From assembly GCA_043753995.1 (NCBI GenBank), contig JAYUVP010000145.1, positions 1 through 36,820 on the forward strand: a stretch of 36,820 bases of DNA. The letters are read 5' to 3'. The position numbers and the translations under genes were made by a program. The notes beneath the pieces are model-generated. The model saw nothing but the letters and a program-made list of their open reading frames with translations. It was not told where the DNA came from and searched no databases. Positions 16,650-26,878 of this stretch are shown here, piece after piece; within the stretch, counting starts at the first letter, position 1; the number at the start of each line of letters is the position of its first letter. Source of the stretch: Fibrobacterota bacterium (lineage in GTDB: Bacteria > Fibrobacterota > Fibrobacteria > UBA11236).

Positions 16650-17441
16650 TCATAGTGAGGAATGGTTGATGTCGCCTGAAATTTGAGTCGCCCATTTCTT
16701 AGGAATGAATCGAATAGCGAGAGCGGCGATTTGATTGGAAATTCCTGGTATGATGATAGCTTTCCCTTTCATGAGGCCGGTGAATCCTGCTTTCGCAACA
16801 CTCTCCGAAGTCATGGAAAACCAGAGTATCCAGCGAGTTTCACGGATACCAGCTTTTGTATTGAAGCGGGTCTTGGTTGGCCCTGGACATAAAGTGGTGA
16901 CCGTTATTCCCGACTCCCTTAATTCATACCGCAACGCTTCGGAGTAAGAGTAAATAAAGGCCTTTGCCGCATAATAAATGGAAAGAAATGGGCCGGGTTG
17001 AAATGCGGCGGTAGAGGCGATATGCATTATTTTGCCCGCCTTTCTTTCTTTCATTTGCGGTAAAATCCAACGATTGATTTCAAGGGGAGTGTGTATCAGA
17101 ACTTGCATCATTCTCGACTCGGTGCTTTTGTCGAGATTCATCCATTGGGTCAGTCGAGTCCACCCGGCGGCATGGATGATTACGCTGATTTGAATTTGCT
17201 TTGCAAGCGCAAAGGATTCCAAGGTCGCGCAACAATTGGCGTCCTCAAGGTCGCAGACACACCAAATCACTGGCGCATTCGACAATTGGCTTAGGTTTTG
17301 CCCCACTTCTTCCAAAGTGGAAAGATGCCTTCCAACCAGAAATAGAGATTGGTTCGCCCTGGCCATTTCGTAGGCGAGGCTTCGACCTATTCCGGATGTC
17401 GCTCCGGTGATTAAGGAATAGGGCTGGGGATAAGTGGGCAT
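16650..17441 (-). CDS. Short-chain dehydrogenase/reductase (DltE/KDSR-like SDR)
   Basis: TGATSGIG, HAAG, IASTAAFQPGP, YYAAK (YxxxK) and LCPGPT. Confidence 0.92.
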   Translation of the reverse strand: MPTYPQPYSLITGATSGIGRSLAYEMARANQSLFLVGRHLSTLEEVGQNLSQLSNAPVIWCVCDLEDANCCATLESFALAKQIQISVIIHAAGWTRLTQWMNLDKSTESRMMQVLIHTPLEINRWILPQMKERKAGKIMHIASTAAFQPGPFLSIYYAAKAFIYSYSEALRYELRESGITVTTLCPGPTKTRFNTKAGIRETRWILWFSMTSESVAKAGFTGLMKGKAIIIPGISNQIAALAIRFIPKKWATQISGDINHSSL

Positions 17442-17500
17442 GGTGAAAACCTATTTAGAATCGAATCAAACGTTTCTTTGGCCCCTAGTTCAGCCTCCTC

Positions 17501-17884
17501 CTATGCCTGAAGCCCGAGATGCAAAGATCGCAAAGCCGGATAATTGTCATCGAAAAACAGCTTCAGTAAGCTGATCACATCGGGCAAGGCCAAGAGTCCG
17601 AAATGCAATTCCACCACCTTTTCACGACCCAATAGCCCGAAAAGCCCGAATTTGTCTTTGACTGAGACATGCACTTCAAACGCCTCTCCATCAGGAACGG
17701 CGACGAAAACGTTTTCATGACTGTCATGCAAGTAGAGATAGGCTCCGGGTTCCAGCGACCAATCCTGCTTGAGCAAAACCTCAATCTCCTCCCGAGTGGA
17801 GGGCGGCAGGGGACGATGATTTTTATCCCCGGAGGCCAGGGCTGCTTGCAGTCGACGTGCGGACATAGTTGGAGAGGGAGGCAA
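17501..17884 (-). CDS. Hypothetical protein
   Basis: 127-aa ORF filling the gap between the SDR and trmL, with plausible globular composition. Start uncertain (TTG 17884 or ATG 17866). Confidence 0.6.
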   Translation of the reverse strand: MPPSPTMSARRLQAALASGDKNHRPLPPSTREEIEVLLKQDWSLEPGAYLYLHDSHENVFVAVPDGEAFEVHVSVKDKFGLFGLLGREKVVELHFGLLALPDVISLLKLFFDDNYPALRSLHLGLQA

Positions 17885-17949
17885 AAACCTTTCTTAGCCC
17901 ACATTGTGGGGGAGGCAAATAGGCATGCCTAGGCTTTTACTTTTGACCC

Positions 17950-18420
17950 ATGATTCACATTGTGCTACGACAACCGGAAATCGCTCCCAATACCGGCAAT
18001 ATTGCCCGACTTTGCTTCGGCAATCAACTCAAGCTTCATCTCATCGAGCCCCTGGGGTTTCGCCTGGACGAGGCCCGCTTGCGTCGCGCCGGTTTGGATT
18101 TTTGGGACCGGCTTGACTTGGAAGTACATCGTGACTGGAGCGAATTCATTCGCCGACATCCCGATGCTGAAGCGGGTCATGGGTTGTATTTCACCACCCA
18201 AGCCGAAGCCACGCTCTGGTCTTTGACCTTTCCTGAACCGGTTTATCTGGTTTTTGGATCGGAAACCTCGGGGTTTCCCCCTGATTTCCGCCTTGCCCAC
18301 ACCAAAAACCTCGTCACCATACCTATGCGCAATAAATTGGAGGGCCGCTCCTTGAATCTTTCTAATGCCGTAGCGGTGGCTGCCTATGAAGCCATGCGCC
18401 AATTGGCTTGCAAAGCTTGA
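17950..18420 (+). CDS. trmL: tRNA (cytidine/uridine(34)-2'-O)-methyltransferase, SPOUT family
   Basis: PEIAPNTGNIARLC, LHLIEPLGF, LRRAGLD, LVFGSETSG and IPM...RSLNLSNAVA. Confidence 0.95.
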   Translation: MIHIVLRQPEIAPNTGNIARLCFGNQLKLHLIEPLGFRLDEARLRRAGLDFWDRLDLEVHRDWSEFIRRHPDAEAGHGLYFTTQAEATLWSLTFPEPVYLVFGSETSGFPPDFRLAHTKNLVTIPMRNKLEGRSLNLSNAVAVAAYEAMRQLACKA

Positions 18421-18572
18421 GGCGGAGGTCGGGCCGAACCAGGCGGAACGTTTTCTTGGATTTTTTTTGTCCGAAGGTCACCCGATCGAAATCCTTTTCG
18501 TCTAACTCGCCGCATTGTAGAATCTGATCGTCGGGTCCCCGCCGGTCCCGCAACGCAGAAGGGGCGAATGCC

Positions 18573-18953
18573 ATGAAGAGCTCAGCCGTTTTGGATATCA
18601 AGGTTCTCGATAGACTGGAAATGGAAGCTGGCCCTTCGGTTCGTCTGCGAGCTATCGAAGACTTTTTGGCGGCCTTGCCCACCCGACTGGACGATGCTTG
18701 CGATGCCGGGCGCATCGGAGATACGCAAGGCTTGGGCGATGTGCTGAAGCGCATGCGCGAGGCGGCGGGCCATGTTGGCGCTACCGAATTGCGTGACTTA
18801 GCTGGCAGCATTGAAAGGGTTTGCCGTTACGGAGCTCGTGAATTGTTATTGCCCATGCTTTGCCAACTACAAGGCGTGATGCACCGCGCCGAAGATGTTT
18901 TCGCTCGCGAGCGCAGCTCTTTGCTCGTATCGCGTCGAGTGAATGTTCACTGA
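18573..18953 (+). CDS. Stand-alone Hpt-like protein lacking the canonical phospho-His
   Basis: LD..VLDRL...FL...RL...GD...VLKRMREAAGHVGATELRDLAGSIE follows the Hpt pattern AHxLKGSAxxxGAxxL, but Lys sits at the His position. Confidence 0.75.
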   Translation: MKSSAVLDIKVLDRLEMEAGPSVRLRAIEDFLAALPTRLDDACDAGRIGDTQGLGDVLKRMREAAGHVGATELRDLAGSIERVCRYGARELLLPMLCQLQGVMHRAEDVFARERSSLLVSRRVNVH

Positions 18954-18988
18954 GCCTTGAGCTCCACCCGAAAGCCAGCCGCGAAGTC

Positions 18989-20524
18989 ATGGAAGACCTC
19001 AAAGCCTGGTATCGAGCCGGACTCGTTACCCGTCTAGATGCCCTACGCTCAGTACGCCGCGATCTAGGTTCCACCTACGATGCGGAAGCCTCGGTGCGGC
19101 GCTTGGCCCACACCTTGAGAGGTTCGGCCCCCACCTATGGCTTTGCGGAAATCGGTTCCGCCGCCGCCTTGGTAGAAGATGCTACCACCGACCTATTGCT
19201 CGAATCGGTAGACCAACTCGTATTGACTATCGAAGCTGCCATGTCCCTTCAAGAAATCGAGGATCGCGTCACCGTGCTTGTCATCGACGATGACCCAAGC
19301 ATCACGGAATTGCTCGGTTTGGTATTGGCCGGACCAGGCCGCGAGGTGCTTTCGGCGGGTTCCGCGAAAGAAGCTGAAAAAATTCTTGAAGAGCGGCGGG
19401 TGAGCCTGATTTTGCTCGACCTCATCCTTCCCGACACCGATGGCCGCAATTTTTTGGTGCGCCTCAAAGAAAAATCCAGTAGCTCCCATGTTCCGGTCAT
19501 GGTGCTTTCGGCCAAATTGGGATCGCAGCCCAAAACCGAATGCTTTGCCCTCGGAGCCGATGCCTATTTCGAAAAACCTTTCGAGGTGGAAACCCTTTCC
19601 GCGGCCGTATCTTCCTGGCTACATCGAGTCGAAAGCGACCGGCGCGAATCGCGCCGCGATCCGCTGACCGGTTTGCCTAACCGAGCCGCTTTTCGCGAAG
19701 CGTTTCAGCGCCAGTCCTCGCTCTCGGCGCGCCGCGCCGAATCGCTTACCGTGGCCATACTCGATCTCGATCGCTTCAAGCGAATCAATGACACCTATGG
19801 GCATTCCATGGGCGACGAGGTTTTGCGGTCCACGTCCCGTGTCATTGCCACCGCCTTGCGCAAATCCGACCTCTTGGCGCGTTGGGGCGGCGAGGAATTC
19901 GTCGTTTTATTTCCGAATACCGATGTTGCAGGTGCGGTCAGTGCCATGCGTAAAGCCCTGCAGGCCTTGGCCATGGAGCGCTTTGCTCCCGCGGGTAAGC
20001 CGGTATTTCAAGTCACTTTTTCGGCGGGTGTAGCCTCGGTGGCCGCCAGCCTCAATGTGGAAGAAAGCGTCGCAGAAGCGGATCGATTGCTTTATGTCGC
20101 CAAGTCCCAGGGCCGCAATCGCATCATTACTGCCGGTGACGATATCAAGCCACAAAGCGAATCGATTTTATTGGCCACCCCGGAAGAGACCATGGTGGCC
20201 ATTATTAAAAATCGTCTCAATCGCGAAGGTTTTGTGGTGCAAACTTCGGGGACGGCGGACGAAGTCATGAAAGGCGCCCTCCAACAGCCGCCGTCACTTT
20301 GCATACTCGACTCCCAGTTGCCGGGAGCTCGTAGTGGCCAATGGTTGACGCGATTAAAATCCATGCCCGGGTGGAGCCGCACTCCGGTTTTATTGCTCAC
20401 CTCCTCGGATGATGGTCAAGAACTCGATCAAGATGCCGGCCTGGGAGTCGATGACTATCTCGTAAAGCCCTTTACCCCCATGGAATTGCTCACGCGGGTT
20501 CGCCACCTCATACGCCGGGGTTGA
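18989..20524 (+). CDS. Diguanylate cyclase response regulator, Hpt-REC-GGDEF-REC
   Basis: Hpt LAHTLRGSAPTYGF; REC VLVIDDD...LLDLILPD...EKPF; DPLTGLPNR, DLDRFKRINDTYGH, I-site RKSD and GGEEF; C-terminal REC (ILDSQLPG, LVKPF). Start placed at ATG 18989. Confidence 0.92.
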   Translation: MEDLKAWYRAGLVTRLDALRSVRRDLGSTYDAEASVRRLAHTLRGSAPTYGFAEIGSAAALVEDATTDLLLESVDQLVLTIEAAMSLQEIEDRVTVLVIDDDPSITELLGLVLAGPGREVLSAGSAKEAEKILEERRVSLILLDLILPDTDGRNFLVRLKEKSSSSHVPVMVLSAKLGSQPKTECFALGADAYFEKPFEVETLSAAVSSWLHRVESDRRESRRDPLTGLPNRAAFREAFQRQSSLSARRAESLTVAILDLDRFKRINDTYGHSMGDEVLRSTSRVIATALRKSDLLARWGGEEFVVLFPNTDVAGAVSAMRKALQALAMERFAPAGKPVFQVTFSAGVASVAASLNVEESVAEADRLLYVAKSQGRNRIITAGDDIKPQSESILLATPEETMVAIIKNRLNREGFVVQTSGTADEVMKGALQQPPSLCILDSQLPGARSGQWLTRLKSMPGWSRTPVLLLTSSDDGQELDQDAGLGVDDYLVKPFTPMELLTRVRHLIRRG

Positions 20525-20539
20525 GCGTATATTCACCCC

Positions 20540-21898
20540 ATGTGGAAATGGCAAAGTTGTATTAGGACCCTGGAAAGCAAATCTTGTTTTATTCACAAGT
20601 CCTTATATGCCATCCTCTTAGGAAGTGTTATTGCCGTTTTGTTGTCCGCCTGTCGTCGCGACGAGAGCCCGGATTTGCCCTCTAGCGCGATAATCAAGCC
20701 AACCGAACCCAAGCGCGATACCTCCCAGGCCAAGGTTCGGGCGGGGGACACCTATGCCTCCTTGATGCGAAATCTCGATTTGCATCCTGAGCAATTGGGG
20801 CGGCTATTGCATCATGTGACGACTTGTTTTCCGGTCAAGCTTTATGCTGGCCAAATTTATCGCGTGATATGCCAGCGACCACCCGAGGGCGGAGAGCCGA
20901 CCTTGGAGTCTTTCGTGCTGGAAGAGCGCGGTGGCCTTTTTCGCCATGCATTGCAAGCCGTGGGTCCAGCCAGGGTAGACACGGCCGAAGTCGCGGTCGA
21001 TTCACTCGCCTATTTCGCCGACTCGGTGGGGGTGCGTTTAGACACCGTGGTGGTGCGCGGCAACCTTTCCACCAATCTTTATGAAGCGGTTTTAGCGCAA
21101 GGAGAATCCCCGGCCTTGCTTGATCCCTTGACCCAGGTTTTCGCTTGGGATATCGACTTCTTTCGCGATCCGCGTGTCGGCGATTCATTTTCGGTCCTAG
21201 TCGAAAAGCGTTGGCGCGAAGATGGTGTTTTTCTCGGTTATGGTCAATTGCTTTGCGCTCGCTATGTCAACCAGGGCCATGCCTTCGAAGGTTTTCGTTA
21301 TCGTGACAATTATTATGATAGCGATGGCCGAAGCCTGGAAAAACTGCTCATGAAAGCCCCTTTGAAGTTCAGCCGCATTTCCAGCGGGTTCACGGCTTCG
21401 CGCCTGCATCCTATTTTGGGTATTCGCCGACCGCATTGGGGAGTCGATTATGCGGCTCCCACGGGCACGCCGATTTTCGCTGCAGGGGATGGCGTGGTGG
21501 TTTTGGCTGGTTGGTCGGGCGGTTTCGGCAATTGCGTTAAAATTCGCCACAATGGTGTTTTCACCACCTATTACGGCCATTTGCGCGGCTTTGCCGCCGG
21601 CATACGTTCCGGGGTACGTGTGCGCCAGGGCCAGACCATAGGCTTTTTGGGCATGACGGGTCTGGCCTCGGGGCCACATCTTGACTATCGCGTTCAAAAA
21701 AACAATGCCTTCATCAATCCCACCTCGCTGAAAACTGAAGCCAAGGAAGGCGTGACCGCCGCCGAAAAGCAAGCCTTTCAAGTTTTATGTGCCCAGCTTT
21801 TAGCCCGCATGGACAAATCCTTGCCCCCGGCCCAAGTGGCGGCGAATGGCGCGGAAACCTCGAAATCAACCTGGCAAAGGCTACCTAAATCTATTTGA
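20540..21898 (+). CDS. M23-family peptidoglycan DD-endopeptidase (MepM/Csd3-like), possibly a lipoprotein
   Basis: RISSGF...HPILG...HWGVDYAAP (HxxxD), YGHL and GPHLDY. N-terminal hydrophobic segment ending LLSA-C. Confidence 0.92.
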   Translation: MWKWQSCIRTLESKSCFIHKSLYAILLGSVIAVLLSACRRDESPDLPSSAIIKPTEPKRDTSQAKVRAGDTYASLMRNLDLHPEQLGRLLHHVTTCFPVKLYAGQIYRVICQRPPEGGEPTLESFVLEERGGLFRHALQAVGPARVDTAEVAVDSLAYFADSVGVRLDTVVVRGNLSTNLYEAVLAQGESPALLDPLTQVFAWDIDFFRDPRVGDSFSVLVEKRWREDGVFLGYGQLLCARYVNQGHAFEGFRYRDNYYDSDGRSLEKLLMKAPLKFSRISSGFTASRLHPILGIRRPHWGVDYAAPTGTPIFAAGDGVVVLAGWSGGFGNCVKIRHNGVFTTYYGHLRGFAAGIRSGVRVRQGQTIGFLGMTGLASGPHLDYRVQKNNAFINPTSLKTEAKEGVTAAEKQAFQVLCAQLLARMDKSLPPAQVAANGAETSKSTWQRLPKSI

Positions 21899-21937
21899 TG
21901 TCTCGAAATTTGCTTTTCGCTCCAAATTAAAGACTTT

Positions 21938-22843
21938 ATGGCGGTAGAAATACTGCGAAAATGGAAATACCAGTTTTCGTATTTGTTGGTGAACTCTTTA
22001 ATTGGCGCATATATGATAAATCGAATTGTCTTGAGCTCAGAGCAATTGCGGCATTGGGAAGATAATGGCTTTTTAATTCTAAAGTCCTTTTTCGATCAAA
22101 AAAGGATAGATGCCGTCAATCACCTTGTCGATTCATTGTGGGAGAATCGAAAAACCTCCGGAACACTTTTGACCTCTGACGTGTTTATTGGAACACCGAA
22201 TGAGCGGCGAATCTATTTTCGAATGGCAACGAATGATTCCCGCTTGGTTTCTTATAAGCTCAATGACTTATACCTTGAAAACGAAGCCATTCTTGACTTG
22301 AATCTAGATCCCCGCCTCTGCAATATCCTTCGTGAATTATTGGGTGGCCGGCCGCTCGTATTTAACACCCTGAATTTTGAGCGTGGATCTCAGCAGAGGG
22401 ATCATTTCGATACTTTTTATATGCCCCCGGTGGTCCCAAACAAAATGCTCGCCACCTGGATTGCGCTGGAAAAGGGTTCAGAGAGCAGCGGCCCCCTCCG
22501 TTACTATCCAGGAAGCCATAAAATTCCACCGTATCGTTTTTCAAACGGAAAGTTTACAGCCATAGCTTCCGAAATGGCGGCCTTTGACGAGTATATAAGC
22601 AGGAATCTGAGAGATTATAATTTGTCGCCAACCACGTTTTTTCCAGAAGCTGGTGATGTGTTTATTTGGCATGCGCAGCTTTATCACGGCGGAACTCCCA
22701 TACTAAACCCGGAATTGACGCGTAAATCTTTGGTGACGCATTATTTCCGGGCTAGGGACTACGTTTTGAGGCGCGGATGGCAATTTCGTAAAAAAGGCGA
22801 TGCTTTTTACCTTCGTAAGCCTCACCAGTCGGTCAATGCCTAG
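21938..22843 (+). CDS. Phytanoyl-CoA dioxygenase (PhyH) family Fe(II)/2OG dioxygenase
   Basis: NGFLIL, GSQQRDHFDT (HxD), WIALE, GPLRYYPGSH, GDVFIWH..LYHGG and TRKS. Alternative start ATG 22013. Confidence 0.9.
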   Translation: MAVEILRKWKYQFSYLLVNSLIGAYMINRIVLSSEQLRHWEDNGFLILKSFFDQKRIDAVNHLVDSLWENRKTSGTLLTSDVFIGTPNERRIYFRMATNDSRLVSYKLNDLYLENEAILDLNLDPRLCNILRELLGGRPLVFNTLNFERGSQQRDHFDTFYMPPVVPNKMLATWIALEKGSESSGPLRYYPGSHKIPPYRFSNGKFTAIASEMAAFDEYISRNLRDYNLSPTTFFPEAGDVFIWHAQLYHGGTPILNPELTRKSLVTHYFRARDYVLRRGWQFRKKGDAFYLRKPHQSVNA

Positions 22844-22939
22844 CCATTAAGCCTTTGCGATTTGAGCCTGCAAAACCGCATTACCTTTCCATAGAAAATT
22901 CCGGACTGTCGATGCGACAACCTGGAATCAGGAGCATTT

Positions 22940-23518
22940 ATGGCCGCCAAAAAAAGTTCCGGTTCACCGAAGACTCGTAAAGCCGCAGCCAAGGCGCCGA
23001 CTCCGTCGGCTGCCAAAAAGCCCGCTGAGAAAAAAGCCAAGGCCTCTGGCGGAGAGAGTGCTGGTTTTTTGGCTGTCGGTCAATCGGCCCCCGTCTTTAC
23101 CTTGGCCGACGATCAGGGAAAAAAAGTCAGCCTCACGGATTTCAAGGGCAAGACCGTGGTCCTGTATTTTTATCCCAAAGATCAAACCCCTGGTTGCACC
23201 CAGCAGGCCTGCGACTTTCGCGACAACCTCGCTCGCCTGACCGCCAAGGGCGCCGTGGTTTTGGGCGTGAGCGCCGATTCCGCCGATTCGCATCGCCGCT
23301 TTAAGGAAAAGCAAAGCCTGAATTTCCCACTGCTCGCGGATGTGGACAAAAAGGTTTTGAATGCTTACGGGGTATGGCAGGAAAAATCTCTATATGGCCG
23401 CAAATTCATGGGCATTGTTCGCACCACCTATGTCATCGACGGAAAAGGCCTCATTCGCGCCGTCTTTCCCAAGGTCAAGGTGGCTAGCCATGTCGATGCG
23501 GTGATGGCCGCTTTGTGA
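22940..23518 (+). CDS. bcp: Thioredoxin-dependent thiol peroxidase BCP/PrxQ with Lys/Ala-rich N-terminal extension
   Basis: VVLYFYPKDQTPGCTQQACDFRD, GVSAD and YGRKFMGIVRTTYVID. AGGAG SD present. Confidence 0.95.
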   Translation: MAAKKSSGSPKTRKAAAKAPTPSAAKKPAEKKAKASGGESAGFLAVGQSAPVFTLADDQGKKVSLTDFKGKTVVLYFYPKDQTPGCTQQACDFRDNLARLTAKGAVVLGVSADSADSHRRFKEKQSLNFPLLADVDKKVLNAYGVWQEKSLYGRKFMGIVRTTYVIDGKGLIRAVFPKVKVASHVDAVMAAL

Positions 23519-24762
23519 GTAGGCCGGGTAGCTTACGCCCCAAGCTGGTCATACTGGGCACAGGCTTCGGGGCCTTTTCGATTGTGAAGGCCTCGGCTAG
23601 GTTGAATGCCGATATCACGGTCATCAGTCCGCGAAATCATTTTCTCTTTACACCCCTATTGGCCAGCACTACCGTCGGCTCCCTGGAATTCCGCAGTGTC
23701 ATTGAATCTGTCCGTCTCGTCGACCGAGGTGTTTTCCATTTGGCGCGCGCTGAAAAGCTCGATATGGCCCAGCGCAGAGTGCATTGTCGCGGTGAATTGG
23801 ATGGACATGAATTTTCAGTAGAATTCGATTGGCTCATTATCGCCGTCGGAGCGTCCACTCACACTTTCGGCGTGCCGGGCGCAGCCGAGCATAGTCTTTT
23901 TCTCAAACAAATCAGTGATGCTCGTGACATTCGCCAGCGAATTTTGGCTTGCCTGGAGCGCGCCTCCCTGCCTGATATTTCGGAGGCGGAGCGCAAGCGC
24001 CTATTGCATTTCGTCGTCGTCGGTGGCGGCCCCACCGGCGTCGAATTCTCCGCCGAATTGCATGACCTCTGGAGTCGGGAATTGCGGCAGGCCTATCCTC
24101 GCATAGCTGGCGATGTGCGCATCACCTTGCTGGAAGCCGGCAAGGAGTTGTTGAGCAGCTATGATGCCACCCTCTCCGAATATACCCTGAAGCATTTCGC
24201 CCGCCAGGCCATAGAAGTCCGTACCGAAACTCCGGTGATACGGGTGGAAGCTGAGAAAGTAATCCTGAAAAACGGCATTGAAATGCCCTTTGGCTGCCTG
24301 GTTTGGGCTACCGGTAATACTGCCACGGCCTTTGTACAGGGCTTGCCCAGCGAATTGGAGCGCGATAAGCATGGACGGTTGTTCATTAACGATAGGTTAG
24401 CCGCCTCCGGTAGCGAACGGATTTTCGCCCTCGGTGATTGTAGCGCCCTCAGTGAACATCCCATAGCCGCGACGGCCCAGGCTGCCGAGCAGCAAGGCGG
24501 TTATTTGGCGAAGACCCTTCCCTTGCATTTGCAAGGCCTTCCCTGCCCGCCTTTTCGATTCAAGAATCAAGGTATGCTAGCCTATGTGGGCGGTCATAGC
24601 GGCGTCGCCGATCTGGCCAAATACAAAGGTCGCGGTTTTATCGCTTTTCTTTTTTGGCGTTCCGTGTATTTGACCAAGTTGGTGAGCTGGCGCAATAAAA
24701 TGATGGTTTTGCTCGACTGGATGCGCACTGCGATTTTCGGACGAGAGATTTCACGGTTTTGA
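23515..24762 (+). CDS. ndh: Type II NADH:quinone oxidoreductase (NDH-2)
   Basis: ILGTGFGA, FLFTPLL, VVGGGPTGVEF, FALGDC, TAQAAEQQG and GMLAYVG. GTGA overlap with bcp. Confidence 0.92.
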   Translation: MSRPGSLRPKLVILGTGFGAFSIVKASARLNADITVISPRNHFLFTPLLASTTVGSLEFRSVIESVRLVDRGVFHLARAEKLDMAQRRVHCRGELDGHEFSVEFDWLIIAVGASTHTFGVPGAAEHSLFLKQISDARDIRQRILACLERASLPDISEAERKRLLHFVVVGGGPTGVEFSAELHDLWSRELRQAYPRIAGDVRITLLEAGKELLSSYDATLSEYTLKHFARQAIEVRTETPVIRVEAEKVILKNGIEMPFGCLVWATGNTATAFVQGLPSELERDKHGRLFINDRLAASGSERIFALGDCSALSEHPIAATAQAAEQQGGYLAKTLPLHLQGLPCPPFRFKNQGMLAYVGGHSGVADLAKYKGRGFIAFLFWRSVYLTKLVSWRNKMMVLLDWMRTAIFGREISRF

Positions 24763-24831
24763 TGGTGCCTGAAGGATTCTTTCAGGAATCTCAGGCAGTT
24801 TATCCCTTTTCCCTAGTTTTTCGGAGGCCTC

Positions 24832-26865
24832 ATGGCCAATGCCCTTGCGCTGGAAACCAGCCCCTATCTCAAGCAGCATGCCCACAATCCCGTGCACTGG
24901 CGCCCCTGGTCGCCAGCGGCCTGGGAACAGGCGCGCACGGAAAACAAATTGGTTTTGGTTTCCATCGGCTATGCCGCCTGCCATTGGTGCCATGTCATGG
25001 AGCACGAGTCCTTCGAAGACGAAGGCATCGCCGCCATCATGAATCGCGATTTCATTTGCCTTAAGGTCGATCGCGAGGAAAGGCCGGATATCGATCAGGT
25101 CTATATCGAGGCGGTGCAATTGCTTTCCGGCCACGCGGGCTGGCCGCTCAATTGCTTTTGCCTGCCCGACGGCAGGCCGGTCTATGGCGGCACCTATTTC
25201 AAGCCAGCCCAATGGACCCAGCTCCTGCAGCGTCTCACGGCACTCTGGGGTCAAGATGCTGCGTCTCTGGAGCAACAGGCCGCGCAGTTGACGGCGGCCT
25301 TGCGTCGCCCCGAAGCCCAGGGTAATGCTCCCGTTACCCTGGATGCCGAAGCAGCGCGCGAAGCCTTGCGCAAAGGTGTGGACCGCGCCAAGCTGAGCTT
25401 TGATCGAAGCGAAGGTGGCACGCAAAGGGCTCCCAAATTCCCCCTGCCCGTGAATTGGCGCTTTTTACTTCGCTATGGCGAAGCGCAAAACGATGAAGCG
25501 GTATTGCGGCAAGTGCGTCTCACGCTGGCGAAAATGGCAGATGGCGGCATTTGCGATCAATTGGGTGGCGGCTTTGCACGCTATAGTGTGGACGCAATTT
25601 GGAAGGTGCCGCATTTCGAGAAAATGCTTTATGACAATGCCCAATTGCTCTCGCTCTATGCCCAGGCCTATGCCGTTTTTCGCGAGACCCGTTGGCGCGA
25701 CGTCGCCCTGTCCATTGCCACCTTTCTGAAACGCGATTTGAATGCGGGCGACGGCCTTTTTTTCGCTTCGCTTGATGCCGATAGCGAAGGTGTGGAAGGT
25801 CTTTTTTATGTGTGGAGCGAGGAGGAATTGCAGGCCATGCTGGAAGAGGACTTCCCCTGGTTCGCTGCCTTGCATGGCGTCGACGAGCGAGGTTATTGGG
25901 AAGAGGAGCATTTCATTTTACTTGGCACCGGCGATCCCAAGGAGAGAGCCGAAATTGCCTCGAAATTCGATCTTACCCTGGAGGAATTGAATCGCCGCGA
26001 CGCGCAGCGCTGCGAGCAATTGCTGCAAAAGCGCGCCTTGCGCATTGCCCCGGGTCTCGACGATAAGGTCTTGGTTTCTTGGAATGCCCTGGCGATTGGA
26101 GCCTTGGCTGAAGCCGGACTTTGGCTACAAGCTCCCGATTTGATTCATCTGGCCGAAAAAGGCGCACAACAATTATTGCAAAAGGCTTTCGACCCGCAAA
26201 CAGGATTGCAGCGCAGCCGACAGAATGGGCAATTCGCTATTGCTGGATTTCTGGAAGATTATGCTCATTTCGCCTGGGCGCTTTTGCAATTGCATCGCGC
26301 CACCCAAGACTCCACCTGGATATTTGCCGCTGAAGGCTTGGTGAATTTCGCCGAAGCCCACTTCAGCGACGCCGACACCGGCTTATTCTATTTCACTTCG
26401 GACCGCGATGCTCCCTTGGTGGCGCGCAAAATGGAAATTCAAGACAATGTTTTGCCTTCGGCCAATGGCGTCCTGGCGCGATGCCTTTTGCGTTTGGGCG
26501 AATTGCTTGGTAAAGAGGTGTGGGTTCAAAGGGGCGAGCGCATGCTGGCCCATGGCTTGCCTGAGTTCTCCACGTACTTGCTGGCGCATGCCGGTTGGGC
26601 TGACGCCACCCTGGACCGGGTTGCGCCGCATTATTTGGTTTCGGTGCTGGGTCCGAAAGCACTGGATAATGCCCGAACCCTGGCCGTCTCGCATTTACCG
26701 CAAGCAACCGTTGTCGCAGATAAACCCGAAACAAAGCCTTTACCATGCTTGCAGGGGCAAGATGCCGGTGGGCGCGATGTTTTCGTGATTTGCCGCGATC
26801 AAACCTGCGAGGCTCCCGTCACTTCCGCGGAGGAGGCGCGAGCCCTAATGCCGGCGAAGTTTTAG
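24832..26865 (+). CDS. YyaL/SSP411 (DUF255) thioredoxin-domain protein
   Basis: [66 protein letters not shown] and DDKVLVSWN. Confidence 0.95.
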   Translation: MANALALETSPYLKQHAHNPVHWRPWSPAAWEQARTENKLVLVSIGYAACHWCHVMEHESFEDEGIAAIMNRDFICLKVDREERPDIDQVYIEAVQLLSGHAGWPLNCFCLPDGRPVYGGTYFKPAQWTQLLQRLTALWGQDAASLEQQAAQLTAALRRPEAQGNAPVTLDAEAAREALRKGVDRAKLSFDRSEGGTQRAPKFPLPVNWRFLLRYGEAQNDEAVLRQVRLTLAKMADGGICDQLGGGFARYSVDAIWKVPHFEKMLYDNAQLLSLYAQAYAVFRETRWRDVALSIATFLKRDLNAGDGLFFASLDADSEGVEGLFYVWSEEELQAMLEEDFPWFAALHGVDERGYWEEEHFILLGTGDPKERAEIASKFDLTLEELNRRDAQRCEQLLQKRALRIAPGLDDKVLVSWNALAIGALAEAGLWLQAPDLIHLAEKGAQQLLQKAFDPQTGLQRSRQNGQFAIAGFLEDYAHFAWALLQLHRATQDSTWIFAAEGLVNFAEAHFSDADTGLFYFTSDRDAPLVARKMEIQDNVLPSANGVLARCLLRLGELLGKEVWVQRGERMLAHGLPEFSTYLLAHAGWADATLDRVAPHYLVSVLGPKALDNARTLAVSHLPQATVVADKPETKPLPCLQGQDAGGRDVFVICRDQTCEAPVTSAEEARALMPAKF

Positions 26866-26878
26866 TCGGGTCGCTACC

